NCBI GenBank assembly: GCA_963769025.1
Contig: CAVYKI010000009.1
Span: 224,001-288,000 of the forward strand
Length of the DNA: 64,000 bases
Source: an uncultured Verrucomicrobiae bacterium
GTDB taxonomy: Bacteria > Verrucomicrobiota > Verrucomicrobiia > Chthoniobacterales > Chthoniobacteraceae
Direction: 5' to 3'
Both the position numbers and the translations under genes were made by a program. The notes beneath the pieces were generated by a model. That model was not told the origin of the DNA and made no database searches. It saw only the letters and a list, made by a program, of their open reading frames with translations. Below, one piece after another: positions 21,193 to 30,958 of the stretch. How positions within the stretch are numbered: position 1 is the first letter of the stretch; each line of letters starts with the position of its first letter.

Positions 21193-21271
21193 TTTTGGAT
21201 TGCCGCCAGGTCCAGGCTGGCGCTTTCCCGTCGCCGGGCCAGAGCGACAGATGGACTGCCGCACTCCAAAA
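21193..21271. repeat. Palindromic intergenic repeat (TTTTGGA…TCCAAAA type)
   Basis: TTTTGGATTGCCGCCAGGTCC…GCGCTTT versus AGAGCGACAGATGGACTGCCGCACTCCAAAA. Confidence 0.6.
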
Positions 21272-21299
21272 GGTCTGCGCGCTCCGATTGCCCGCGTCC

Positions 21300-22591
21300 C
21301 TACTTCCCGCGTGCACGCGCGCCGCGACTTTCAGCCGCAGCGCGTTCAGCGCGATGAAGCCGGTGGCGTCGTTCTGATTGTAGGCCTTCGTCGGGTCGGC
21401 CTCCATCGTGGCGATCTCGGGGTTGTAGAGCGACAGCGAGGATTTCCGTCCGGCGGCGATGATGTTCCCCTTGTAGATCTTCACGCGCACGACGCCGCTC
21501 ACGTTCTTCTGCGACTCCGTCACGAGCGCCTGCAGCGCCTCGCGCTCGGGGGCGAACCAGAAGCCGTTGTAGACGAGCTCCGCGTATTTCGGGATGAGCG
21601 AATCGCGCAGGTGCATCACCTCGCGATCCATCGTGATGCTCTCCATCTGCCGGTGCGCGAAGTGCAGGATGCTGCCGCCGGGCGTCTCGTACACGCCGCG
21701 CGACTTCATGCCGACGAAGCGGTTCTCCACCATGTCCACGCGTCCGCAGCCGTGCTTGCCGCCGAGCTTGTTCAGCACCTTCATCACCCAGTAGGGCGAG
21801 AGCACCGCGTGGTCGTTCGTGTTGAAAGTGAGCGTGCCCTTGTAGCCGAGTTCCTTCAGCACGGCCGCGATCTCGTGGTAGCCGACTGCGGTGCAGTTCC
21901 CGCGCTCGAAGGTCAGTTCCACATACTCCGCCTTGTCCGGCGCCTCCTCGGGCGAGACGGACAGCACGTACATCTCCCGCGCCTTCTCCGCGCTCGCGTC
22001 GTACCACGGGTCCTCGAGGATTCCCGCCTCGAAGGAAATGTGCAGGAGATTGCGGTCCATCGAATACGGCTTCTTCGCCGAAGCCTGAATCGGGATCTGG
22101 TGCTTCTCCGCATACGCGATCATCTCCGCGCGGCCGGGGAATTCCTCGCGGAAACGGTCCTGCCGCCACGGCGCGATCACCTGCAGCTCCGGCGCGAGCG
22201 CCGCCGCGGCCAGCTCGAACCGCACCTGATCATTCCCCTTGCCCGTCGCCCCGTGCGCCACCGCATCCGCGCCCTCGCGCTTCGCGATCTCCACCATCTT
22301 CTTCGCGATGCACGGACGCGCGATGCTCGTGCCGAGAAAGTATTGCCCCTCGTAAACCGCGCCCGCCTGCATCATCGGGAAAATGAAATCCCTCGCGAAT
22401 TCCTCGTTCAGGTTCTCGATGTAGCACTTGCTCGCGCCGGTCTTGAGCGCCTTCTCCTCCAGCCCCGTGAGTTCCTCCTCCTGCCCGACATCGGCGCAGA
22501 ACGCGACGATCTCCGCCTTGTAGGTTTCCTTGAGCCAGGTCATCAGCACGCTCGTGTCGAGACCGCCGGAGTAAGCGAGAACGATTTTCAT
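21300..22591 (-). CDS. argG: Argininosuccinate synthase
   Basis: [48 protein letters not shown]. The true stop is probably TAG at 21300-21302; the longer ORF tail looks like indel read-through. Confidence 0.95.
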
Positions 22592-22663
22592 AAAGGGCGC
22601 GGAGTAAAGCGGCGCACCCCTCAGAGGGCACGCAGAAAATCGCCTATCCGCCCAACTCGGCGG

Positions 22664-23956
22664 CTAGAGGGACCAGACGGTCTTTCCTGCAACGATGGTG
22701 CGGACGGCGCGGCCTTTGAGTTCGCAGGCGTGGAAGGGCGTGTTGCGGCTGCGGGAGAAGCTCTGTTCCTTGTCCACGGTCCATTCGAGGTCGGGGTCGA
22801 TGAGGGTGACATCGGCGATGGAACCGACGGTCAGCGTGCCGCGATCGAGGTTGAGAAGCTTGGCGGGATTCGCGGTGTAAAGTTCGATCAGGCGTTTCAA
22901 GGTGATGGCCTTGCGCTGATGGACGAGGATGTTCAGGAAGAGGCCGAGCTCGGTTTCGAGGCCGAGGATGCCGAACGGCGCGAGGTCAAACTCGACCTCC
23001 TTTTCAAAGCCGGAATGCGGCGCGTGGTCGCTGCCCAGGATGGTGATCGTGCCATCGGCGACGCCCTCGATGAGCGCCTCGACGTGCTCCTGTGAGCGCA
23101 GCGGGGGGTTCATCTTGAAGTTCGTGTCGAAGCCGCGGACGGATTCGTCGGTCAGCGCGATGTGGTGCGGGCAGATTTCGCCGGTGAGCGGGACGCCGCG
23201 CGCGTGTGCCCGGCGGAGGATGCCCACGCTGCCGGCGGCGCTGAGGTGCTGGCAGTGGATGGGCGTGCCGGTGAGTTCGGCGAGGAGCGCGTTGCGGGCG
23301 ACGATGATTTCCTCGCCGATGGCGGGCCAGCCGGGGAGGCCGAGCGCGGCGCTCACCTGGCCTTCGTGCATGACGCCTTTGCCGACGAGATTGTAGTCCT
23401 GGCAATGGTCCATGATGACGAGGCCGAACATGCGCGCGTATTCGCACGCGCGGCGCATGACTTCGTGGCTCTGCACGCAATGGCCGTCATCGGTGAGCGC
23501 GACGACGCCGGCCTTGTGCAGGGAACCGATGGGCGCGAGTTCCTCGCCGGCGAGGCCCTTGGTGATGGCGCCGGTGGGGAGGACGTTCACGCACGACTCG
23601 GCCTTCGCCTTTTCCAAGATCCACGTGACCACGCTGGGCGTGTCCACGGGCGGGGCCGTGTTCGGCATGCAGACGATGGTGGTGAAGCCGCCCGCCGCCG
23701 CGCACTTCGCGCCCGTGGCGATGGTTTCCTTCGCCGACTGGCCGGGCTCGCGGAGGTGGACGTGGATGTCGATGAGGCCCGGGCAGACGACCAGCCCGGT
23801 GGCGTCGATGACGTCGAGGTCGTGCGGGTGTTTCCGCAGCGTGGCGTCGAAGTCGATTTTCGCGATTTTCCCGCCGGTGATGTAGAGGTCGCCGACGCGG
23901 TCGATGCCGTTGGCCGGGTCGATGATGTGGCCGTTGGTGATGAGGGTGGAATTCAT
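22664..23956 (-). CDS. pyrC: Dihydroorotase (long type)
   Basis: PGLIDIHVHLREPG, MPNT, CPHH, KMNPPLR, SDHAPH. Confidence 0.95.
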   Translation of the reverse strand: MNSTLITNGHIIDPANGIDRVGDLYITGGKIAKIDFDATLRKHPHDLDVIDATGLVVCPGLIDIHVHLREPGQSAKETIATGAKCAAAGGFTTIVCMPNTAPPVDTPSVVTWILEKAKAESCVNVLPTGAITKGLAGEELAPIGSLHKAGVVALTDDGHCVQSHEVMRRACEYARMFGLVIMDHCQDYNLVGKGVMHEGQVSAALGLPGWPAIGEEIIVARNALLAELTGTPIHCQHLSAAGSVGILRRAHARGVPLTGEICPHHIALTDESVRGFDTNFKMNPPLRSQEHVEALIEGVADGTITILGSDHAPHSGFEKEVEFDLAPFGILGLETELGLFLNILVHQRKAITLKRLIELYTANPAKLLNLDRGTLTVGSIADVTLIDPDLEWTVDKEQSFSRSRNTPFHACELKGRAVRTIVAGKTVWSL

Positions 23957-24911
23957 TCAGGAAGTTCGCGCGCCTGCGCAGAGGAAGAGAACGGCCATGC
24001 GGGTGGCGAGGCCGTTGGTGACCTGCTCGAGGATGACGCTGCGGCCGCTGTCGGCGATGTCGCTGTCGATCTCCACGCCGCGATTGATGGGACCGGGGTG
24101 CATGATGAGGCAGTCGGGCTTGAGGCGTTCGGCACGCGCCTTCGTGAGGCCGAAGAAGGCGGTGTATTCGCCGAGGCTCGGGAAGTATTCCTTCCGCTGC
24201 CGCTCGTGCTGGATGCGGAGGAGATTCACCACGTCCACCTCGGGCAGCAGGCTGTCAAAGTCGTGGGTGACGGTGACGCCGAGGGCCTCGAGCGAGCGCG
24301 GGACGAGCGTGGGCGGGCCGCACAAGGTCACGCGTGCGCCGAGCTTGAGCAGTGCGTGGATATTTGAGCGGGCGACGCGGCTGAAGAGGATGTCGCCGAC
24401 AATCGCGACATGCAGCCCGGCGATGCTCGCCCTTCTTTTCGCGGACGGTGAACGTGTCGAGCAGCGCCTGCGTGGGATGCTCATGCGCGCCGTCGCCGCC
24501 GTTGATGATGCTGGAGTTCAGCCGCTCGGCGAGGAATTGGGCCGAGCCCGCGCTGCTGTGGCGGAGGACGATGATGTCGGCGAGGAGCGCCTCGAGGTTC
24601 TTCGCGGTGTCCTTCAGCGTCTCGCCTTTGGTGAGGCTGGAGGTGCTCGCGGAAATGTTGATGACGTCAGCGCTGAGGCGGACTGCGGCGACCTCGAAGG
24701 AAATGCGCGTGCGCGTGCTGGGCTCGACGAAGAAATTCACGAGCGTCTTGCCGCGCAGGGCGGGGACCTTTTTCACCTCGCGGGTGCCGACGTCCTTGAA
24801 CGCGGCGGCGGTGTCCAGGATTTGCGTGATTTCCTCCGCGCTGAGATCAGCGATGGAGACGAGGTCTTTGCGGCGCCAGGTGGGCGGGGCTTGCGTGAGC
24901 GGGGCGGTCAT
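23957..24911 (-). CDS. pyrB: Aspartate carbamoyltransferase catalytic subunit (one frameshift near 24430)
   Basis: [13 protein letters not shown] and [10 protein letters not shown], then [28 protein letters not shown]. Confidence 0.93.
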
Positions 24912-25489
24912 TCGGGGATGTTCGAGCCGGGAGTCGTGTCGAGCCACACGGCGTCCTCCGCCGTGCCGTCCGTCGCGCTGAACCGGACAAAGACGCGCTC
25001 GCCGAGCGAGGTCGGGACATTTTTGCCGACGTAATCGGCGCGGATGGGCACTTCGCGATGGCCGCGGTCGATGAGCACCGCGTACTGGATTCGCGCAGGC
25101 CGCCCGAAGTCCGCGAGCGCATCCATCGCGGCGCGGCAGGTGCGGCCGGTGAATGCGACGTCGTCGGCGAGGATGATGGTGCGATTTTCGAGGTCGTACG
25201 GCAGTCGCGTCGGGACGACGGCGGGCACGGGGCGTCGCGCGAGGTCGTCGCGGTGCATCGAGATGTCCACGACGCCGGTTTCCACGCCGCTGCCGGCAAA
25301 CTGCTGGACGAATGCGGCGAGCCGTTCCGACACGACGACGCCGCGCGAGGGAACTCCGATGATGGCGAGCCTTTCCGGCTCGGGATTGCGCTCGATGATT
25401 TCGTGCGCGATGCGCTTCAGAGCGCGTTCGATGGCCGCTGCGTCGAGGAGCAGGCGGGCGGTGGGGCTTGGCGGGTTTGGTTTGCTCAT
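24908..25489 (-). CDS. pyrR: Bifunctional pyr operon regulator / uracil phosphoribosyltransferase
   Basis: [48 protein letters not shown]. Confidence 0.95.
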   Translation of the reverse strand: MSKPNPPSPTARLLLDAAAIERALKRIAHEIIERNPEPERLAIIGVPSRGVVVSERLAAFVQQFAGSGVETGVVDISMHRDDLARRPVPAVVPTRLPYDLENRTIILADDVAFTGRTCRAAMDALADFGRPARIQYAVLIDRGHREVPIRADYVGKNVPTSLGERVFVRFSATDGTAEDAVWLDTTPGSNIPE

Positions 25490-25496
25490 TTTGGCT

Positions 25497-25529
25497 TCCT
25501 TGTGACCTCGCGGGGTCGGACTTAAAGGT
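25497..25529 (-). promoter_or_regulatory. PyrR-binding RNA hairpin overlapping the pyrR Shine-Dalgarno
   Basis: Minus strand CCUUUAAGUCCGACCCCGCGAGGUCACAAGGAAGCCAAAAUG has the CCUUUAA…GAGG pattern of PyrR binding loops; CCUU can pair with the AAGG of the SD. Confidence 0.7.
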
Positions 25530-25543
25530 GCCTGCGGCTCAAC

Positions 25544-25765
25544 TCATGAATTTGCCGCGGTTCGTTGGCCCAGTTGCTCCTGCCTCTTGCGCCGCCAAGT
25601 GGGCCGGTATTTCACGAGCCAGTCGAGCAGGGCCTTTTCAAATCCGACGTCGAATCCCGCCTTCTCGCTCTCCAACCATTTGTGCCGCATGATCTCCTCC
25701 CGCTCGGCAAGGAATTCCTGGTAAAGGCGCGAGCCCTTGAGAAGCTTGGAATCAGCGTCGCTCAT
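25544..25765 (-). CDS. Small DUF4032-like protein
   Basis: LYQEFLAEREEIMRHKWLESEKAGFDVGFEKALLDW. Confidence 0.75.
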   Translation of the reverse strand: MSDADSKLLKGSRLYQEFLAEREEIMRHKWLESEKAGFDVGFEKALLDWLVKYRPTWRRKRQEQLGQRTAANS

Positions 25766-25873
25766 TGCGACGAAGTTGTAACGCAGCGGAGGGAACGTCA
25801 AGGCGCTGAATAAAAATATCTGCAATGTCATCGGGGGTTGACGCGCGATGCGGCGCTCGGTTGCGATTCGAGC

Positions 25874-26812
25874 GTGATTTTTTCCACTGATCCCACATGC
25901 AGAAAACATGACGCCGGCGCCGGGCATCCCGGAGCAGCCGGCGCGCTACGATGCGGTGCTGGCGGCATTGAAGGAAGCCGGTCTCCACGCCCGCATGCGC
26001 GAAATGGCGCCGCGGGCCATGCGGCGCGAGGATCTGCTGCTGGTCCACGATCCGCGCTACCTCGATCTCGCGGAGAGGGAAATCCGCGATGGTCGAGAGC
26101 CAACTCAGCACCGGCGATACGGGCGTCGGGCCGCTTTCATGGGACGCAGCGATGGCGGCCGCCGGCTGCGCGCTCGCCGCGACGGAGGCGGTCGTGAAAG
26201 GCGAGGCGAAGACGGCATTCTGCCTCATCCGACCGCCGGGGCATCATGCGGGCGCGGCGCGCGGCATGGGCTTTTGCATCGTGAACAACGTCGCGCTCGC
26301 CGCGCGCCATGCGCAGAAGCGGCTCGGCATCGGGCGTGTGCTGATCGTCGATTGGGACGTGCATCACGGCAACGGGACGCAGGACATTTTCTACGCGGAT
26401 GGCAGCGTCTTCTTTTTCAGCACGCACCAGTCGCCGTGGTATCCCGGCACCGGGCAGCGCCGACGAAACCGGCGAGGGCGAGGGGAAGGGGACGACGCTG
26501 AATTGCCCGCTGCCTGCGCACAGCGGACGGGCGGAGATCTTCGGGTGCTTCGAGCGCAAGCTCGTTCCCGCGATGAAGAAATTCCGGCCGGAACTGGTGC
26601 TCATCAGCGCGGGCTTCGATTCGCGCGAGGGCGATCCGCTCGGCCAGTTTTTGCTGAAGGATGCGGACTTCGCCGACCTCACCCGCATCGTGCGCGACAT
26701 CGCCGACGAGCACGCGAAAGGCCGCGTGGTGAGCATGCTGGAGGGCGGCTACAACCTCCGCGGCCTCGCAAGCGCCGCAACCGCGCACGTCGGCGCGCTG
26801 TTGAAGGACTGA
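25874..26812 (+). CDS. Histone deacetylase-family Zn hydrolase (frameshifted)
   Basis: GHPE, RPPGHHA, GFC, DWDVHHGNGTQ, SAGFD and EGGY across frameshifted pieces. Confidence 0.9.
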
Positions 26813-26818
26813 TCGAAG

Positions 26819-26889
26819 GTAGGGACGGCTCGCCGAGCCGTCCCCGATCTTTCCCGCGAATCACGGCGCGTTCGGCGAACGCGCCCTAC
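26819..26889. repeat. GTAG-type REP inverted doublet
   Basis: GTAGGGACGGCTCGCCGAGCCGTCC and inverted CGGCGCGTTCGGCGAACGCGCCCTAC, between convergent genes. Confidence 0.8.
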
Positions 26890-27530
26890 CCAGCCAGCGC
26901 CGCGGCGATTGCGCGGATGCAGCGCCTTTCCAAAACGAACGACGGGTGCATCGACGCCCAAATGCGGACGTTGCGCGCCTGCGGCATCGCGGAGCTGTTG
27001 GCGGGAAGGATGATCGCGTCGAGCGGCGTGAAGAAGCTCGTGAACGGTACGCGCCGCAGCACATCCGCGTCGCTCGCGAGGTCGCGGAGAAAGTCGCTCC
27101 CGGGGCGCATCTGCACCCAGCCGGGAAGTCCCGCCAAGCCGCGCCGCGTGGGTGCCATGTGCGGTGCCGCCATCGTGACGAAACGCGCGACATTCTCGAT
27201 GCCGCCGAGCCGCTGGAGGTAGTAGCGCGTGATCAGCCCGCCCATGCTGAAGCCGACGAGGTCGAAGCGGCGCCCTTGCAGTTCCCGATCGACATATTGC
27301 GCGAACTGCCGCGCGAGATCCTCGAGCGACGCATGGCCGCTGTTCGGCGTGAGCGTCGGCTGGAAGACTTCCCTCGCCTGCGAGCGGAGATGCCGCGCGA
27401 GCCGGTCCATGTCGCCGCCGGTCGAGAAAATGCCGTGGACGAGCACCACCGGACGAAGCGCGGGATCGGGCGCGACTGCCGGCGGGTCGAATCGCGCAAG
27501 CGTCCGTGCGAGGAGGGCGACGATGTGCAT
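26886..27530 (-). CDS. Alpha/beta-fold esterase/lipase
   Basis: PVVLVHG, nucleophile elbow GFSMGG, D in PLDAIILP, H in SMHP. Confidence 0.85.
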   Translation of the reverse strand: MHIVALLARTLARFDPPAVAPDPALRPVVLVHGIFSTGGDMDRLARHLRSQAREVFQPTLTPNSGHASLEDLARQFAQYVDRELQGRRFDLVGFSMGGLITRYYLQRLGGIENVARFVTMAAPHMAPTRRGLAGLPGWVQMRPGSDFLRDLASDADVLRRVPFTSFFTPLDAIILPANSSAMPQARNVRIWASMHPSFVLERRCIRAIAAALAG

Positions 27531-27542
27531 CGTTGGTGCAGG

Positions 27543-28131
27543 TCAGCCGCGTTTCGCGTTGCGGCGGTAGTGGCGGACCTCGAAGTCCGCGGTCTTCAGC
27601 GCGACGTCCGCAAAATCGAAGAGATGCTCGAACTCCGGAAAGACACGCGTCGCCCTCGACGATGCGCGGCACGACGGTGAGGTAGAGGTCGCTGCACAGC
27701 GGCAGCATCCGCTCGTAGATCTGCGCGCCGCCGATGACGAACACCTCGCGCTGCGGCTGGCATTTTTTGAGCGCCGCGAGGAAGCGGTCGATGCTGCGCA
27801 CCAGCCACACCTCGCGTCCGGCGATGCGCTCAAATCCGAGCTGCGCCGGGCCGCGCCGGAGCCGCGCATTCCAGTGGCCGACGAGCGGGGTCACGCCGCA
27901 GCGCGCCACAAACGCCGGGTCGCGCGCGAGCATCCGCGGCGCACGGGTGAAGACGACATTCGTGCGGTTCGGCAGCGGCTTCGGCAGGCTGAGGAACGTC
28001 TTCCGCCCCATGAGCACGATGCCGCCGGTGGTGAGCTGCTTGAACCACTTGAAGTCCTCCGGCAGATGCCACGGGATCTGTCCGCCGTTCCCGATCACGC
28101 GGTTCAGCGACATGGCGGCGATGGCTTTCAT
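27543..28131 (-). CDS. folA: Dihydrofolate reductase with internal insertion (frameshift near 27645)
   Basis: AAMSLNRVIGNGGQIPWHLPEDFKWFK, MGRKTF, PLPNRTN, VIGGAQIY, VEGD…FPEF. Lies downstream of thyA. Confidence 0.88.
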
Positions 28132-28137
28132 CGCGCG

Positions 28138-28225
28138 GTTGAGGGTTGAAAGTTGAGAGTTGAGAGGAGCATCGCCACGCGCGGTCGAACGTAGGGTGCG
28201 CGACCCTCAACCCACAACTCTCAAC
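28138..28225. repeat. Inverted heptamer tandem repeats
   Basis: GTTGAGG-GTTGAAA-GTTGAGA-GTTGAGA, spacer, then CCTCAAC-CCACAAC-TCTCAAC. Confidence 0.8.
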
Positions 28226-29020
28226 TCAGACCGCAATCGGCGCCTTGATCACCGGGTGCGGGTCATAGCCTTCGATGGCGATGTCCTCGAACTTGAACGC
28301 GAAGATGTCCTTCACGTCGGGATTCAATTTCAGCATCGGCAGCGGACGCGGCTCTCGCGAGAGCTGCAGCTTTGCCTGGTCGACGTGGTTCGCGTAGAGG
28401 TGCAGGTCGCCGAAGCTGTGGATGAATTCCTTCGCGCGCAGCCCGCACACCTGCGCGACCATGTGCGTGAGCAGCGCGTAGCTCGCGATGTTGAAAGGCA
28501 CGCCGAGGAAGATATCCGCGCTGCGCTGGTAGAGCTGGCAGCTCAGTTCGCCCTCGCTCACGTAAAACTGGAACAGCGCGTGGCAGGGCGGCAGCGCCAT
28601 GCTTTCGATCTCCGCCGGGTTCCAGGCGCTCACGATGAGCCGCCGGCTGTCCGGATTGCTTTTGATTTGCCCGATGAGCTTCGCAATCTGATCCACGTGC
28701 TTCCCGTCCGCGCCGCGCCAGTCGCGCCACTGCGCGCCGTACACGCGGCCGAGATTTCCCTCGGCGTCCGCCCACTCGTCCCAGATCGTCACGCCGTTTT
28801 CGCGCAGGTAGCGGGTGTTCGTCTCGCCTTTCAAAAACCACAGCAGCTCGTGAATGATGCTCCGCGTGTGGACCTTTTTCGTCGTGAGAAGGGGGAAGCC
28901 AGCGGCGAGGTCGAAGCGCACCTGCGCGCCGAACACGCTGAACGTGCCGGTGCCCGTCCGGTCCGCTTTGAAGCGTCCGTGTTCTTGCACGTGGCGAAGG
29001 AGGTCGAGGTATCCGCGCAT
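28226..29020 (-). CDS. thyA: Thymidylate synthase
   Basis: [47 protein letters not shown]. Confidence 0.97.
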   Translation of the reverse strand: MRGYLDLLRHVQEHGRFKADRTGTGTFSVFGAQVRFDLAAGFPLLTTKKVHTRSIIHELLWFLKGETNTRYLRENGVTIWDEWADAEGNLGRVYGAQWRDWRGADGKHVDQIAKLIGQIKSNPDSRRLIVSAWNPAEIESMALPPCHALFQFYVSEGELSCQLYQRSADIFLGVPFNIASYALLTHMVAQVCGLRAKEFIHSFGDLHLYANHVDQAKLQLSREPRPLPMLKLNPDVKDIFAFKFEDIAIEGYDPHPVIKAPIAV

Positions 29021-29104
29021 CGCGTGCGGGATAAGGGAAGCGGGACGCGCGATGCAAGCATCCTCCGCCGCGGATTGCTGAACAGTTTCAGAAAGCGGGA
29101 CGGA

Positions 29105-29238
29105 TTTGAAACGCCGAGACGCAGAGACGCGGAGAAGAACGTGATGACCCGTGTCCGTCGATCCAAGGCTCTCGGAATCACAGTCGAAGCGGAACCGCGC
29201 ATTCTTCCCTCCGCGTCTCTGCGTCTCTGCGTTTCAAA
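29105..29238. repeat. 30-bp near-perfect inverted repeat built from octamers (MITE-like)
   Basis: TTTGAAACGCCGAGACGCAGAGACGCGGAG (29105-29134) and CTCCGCGTCTCTGCGTCTCTGCGTTTCAAA (29209-29238), one mismatch, 74-bp spacer. Confidence 0.85.
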
Positions 29239-29302
29239 AATATGCCGTGGCCGCTGCAAAAGAATGAACGCCGCCGCGCTGCGTGTGTCCGACAACGCCG
29301 AC

Positions 29303-29881
29303 ATGCGTCTTCCCGTCCTCATCCTCCTCGCCGCCACGCTCCCGCTGCGCGCTGATCTGCCTGAGCCGTCGAGGAAGCTCATCTCCGCCGCACGCTCGCA
29401 GATCGGCGTCACCACGCTCTACGATCCGGCGTACGTGAAGCTCGCCTATCCGGATGGCGACGTGCCGGAGGATCGCGGCGTGTGCACCGACGTCGTCATC
29501 CGCGCTTTCCGCGCGATGGGCCTCGACCTCCAGAAGCTCGTCCACGAGGACATGGCCCGCGCATTTTCAAAATACCCGCAGCACTGGGGTCTCAAGTCGC
29601 CCGACGCGAACATCGACCACCGCCGCGTGCCGAATCTCATGCGCTACTTTGAGCGCGCCGGGAAGAAGCTCGCAGTGACGAAGAACGCCACCGACTACAG
29701 GCCCGGCGACATCGTGACGTGCATCGTGCCGCCACACCTCCCGCACATCATGCTCGTCTGCGACACTGCATCGCCCGCCGATCCTCAGCGTTTCCAGATC
29801 ATCCACAACATCGGCGCCGGCGCGCGCATGGAGGATCGGCTGTTCGATTTTGAAATCACCGGCCACTACCGCTACTGGTAA
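29303..29881 (+). CDS. DUF1287 (YijF-like) exported protein
   Basis: YDPAYVKLAYPDGDVPEDRGVCTDVVIRA, DANIDHRRVPNL, IHNIGAG, GHYRY. Confidence 0.9.
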   Translation: MRLPVLILLAATLPLRADLPEPSRKLISAARSQIGVTTLYDPAYVKLAYPDGDVPEDRGVCTDVVIRAFRAMGLDLQKLVHEDMARAFSKYPQHWGLKSPDANIDHRRVPNLMRYFERAGKKLAVTKNATDYRPGDIVTCIVPPHLPHIMLVCDTASPADPQRFQIIHNIGAGARMEDRLFDFEITGHYRYW

Positions 29882-29884
29882 CCC

Positions 29885-30788
29885 ATGACACGCCGCACCG
29901 CCGTCTTTCGCACCGCGCTCCTGCTCCTCGGCGCTGTCGTGCCTGCACGCGCGCGGCACACGGGCTTGCTGCCGATGAGCACGGTCTTCGTCGGGCGGGA
30001 TCGCTTCGAGGCCCGCGTCCGCCAGCTCCGCTCCGTCGCGGAAAAGGTGCGCGCACTGCCGATCGGCGAACGCGTCGCGTGGTTCGGCCAGGTCTTCCTC
30101 GGCACGCCGTACAAGGGCTTCACGCTCGAGATCGACGACCGTGTCGAGGCTCCCAGCGTGAATCTTCTCGGGCTCGACTGCTGGACCTTCTTCGAGACGG
30201 CCCTCGCATTTGCCCGCATGGTCGAGGAACCCGCCGAGCAGTGGACCCCCGAGACGCTGCTGCGCTACATCGAGATGGATCGCTACTGGGGCGGGGAGTG
30301 CGACGGCACCTACCTCTCACGGCTCCACTACCTCGAAGACTGGCTCCACGACAACGCCCGGCGCGGCCTCGTGCGGGACCTCACGCGCAGCCTCGGCGGC
30401 ATCGGCGTCGCGAATTCCGCGGTCGAGATGACGAACAATTGGAAAAAGTATCGCTACATGCGGAACAGCTCCACCCTGCGCGAAGGGATCGCGGACCTCG
30501 AATCCCGGCTCCGCCGCCAGCCGCTGATGATGATTCCGAAGAGCCCGCGTCCGCGGCATCGAGGACCGGCTTCAGGATGGCGACATCATCGGCATCGTCG
30601 GGCATGACGGCGGCAGGTACGGCACGTCGCATGTCGGCATTGCGATTCGGAAAAATGGCGTCCTCTCCTTCATGCACGCCAGCGCACCGCGCAATTACGG
30701 CAAGGTCGTCATCGAAGCCCGGCTCAGCGACTACCTCGAAAAATACAGGAGCCACGCCGGCATCCTCGTCGGCAGGCCGGTGAAGTGA
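29885..30788 (+). CDS. DUF1460 N-acetylmuramoyl-L-alanine amidase-like protein (NlpC/P60 superfamily; frameshift near 30545)
   Basis: FLGTPY, GLDCWTFFET, RLHYLEDW, then DGDIIGI…SHVGIA…FMHAS after the frameshift. Confidence 0.85.
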
Positions 30789-30958
30789 TTTCGGAAAACC
30801 TGGCGCTGCCCGCTGCGACGGGCAGGCGGTGAAACCGTAATTTTCCAATCCGGCCCGCATGGATGCGTCCGGGATCCCATGGCACTATTTCGCGCCGCCC
30901 CCGTCGATTTTTGCATTGAACGGGCAGAATGATAGATTGTCACACTGCCACACCGAAT

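Noticed and set aside
21140..21300. C-terminal extension of ArgG
   Set aside because: Reads through a palindromic repeat; a single indel restores a normal end at about 21300.
26749..28131. 460-aa DHFR ORF
   Set aside because: Frameshift read-through into off-frame lipase sequence.
28138..29238. Repeats as a CRISPR array
   Set aside because: Arms are inverted short tandem units, not direct repeats with spacers; no cas genes in the window.
30880..30894. Sigma54-like TGGCAC upstream of the HtrA gene
   Set aside because: GG-to-GC spacing is one base short of the required N10.
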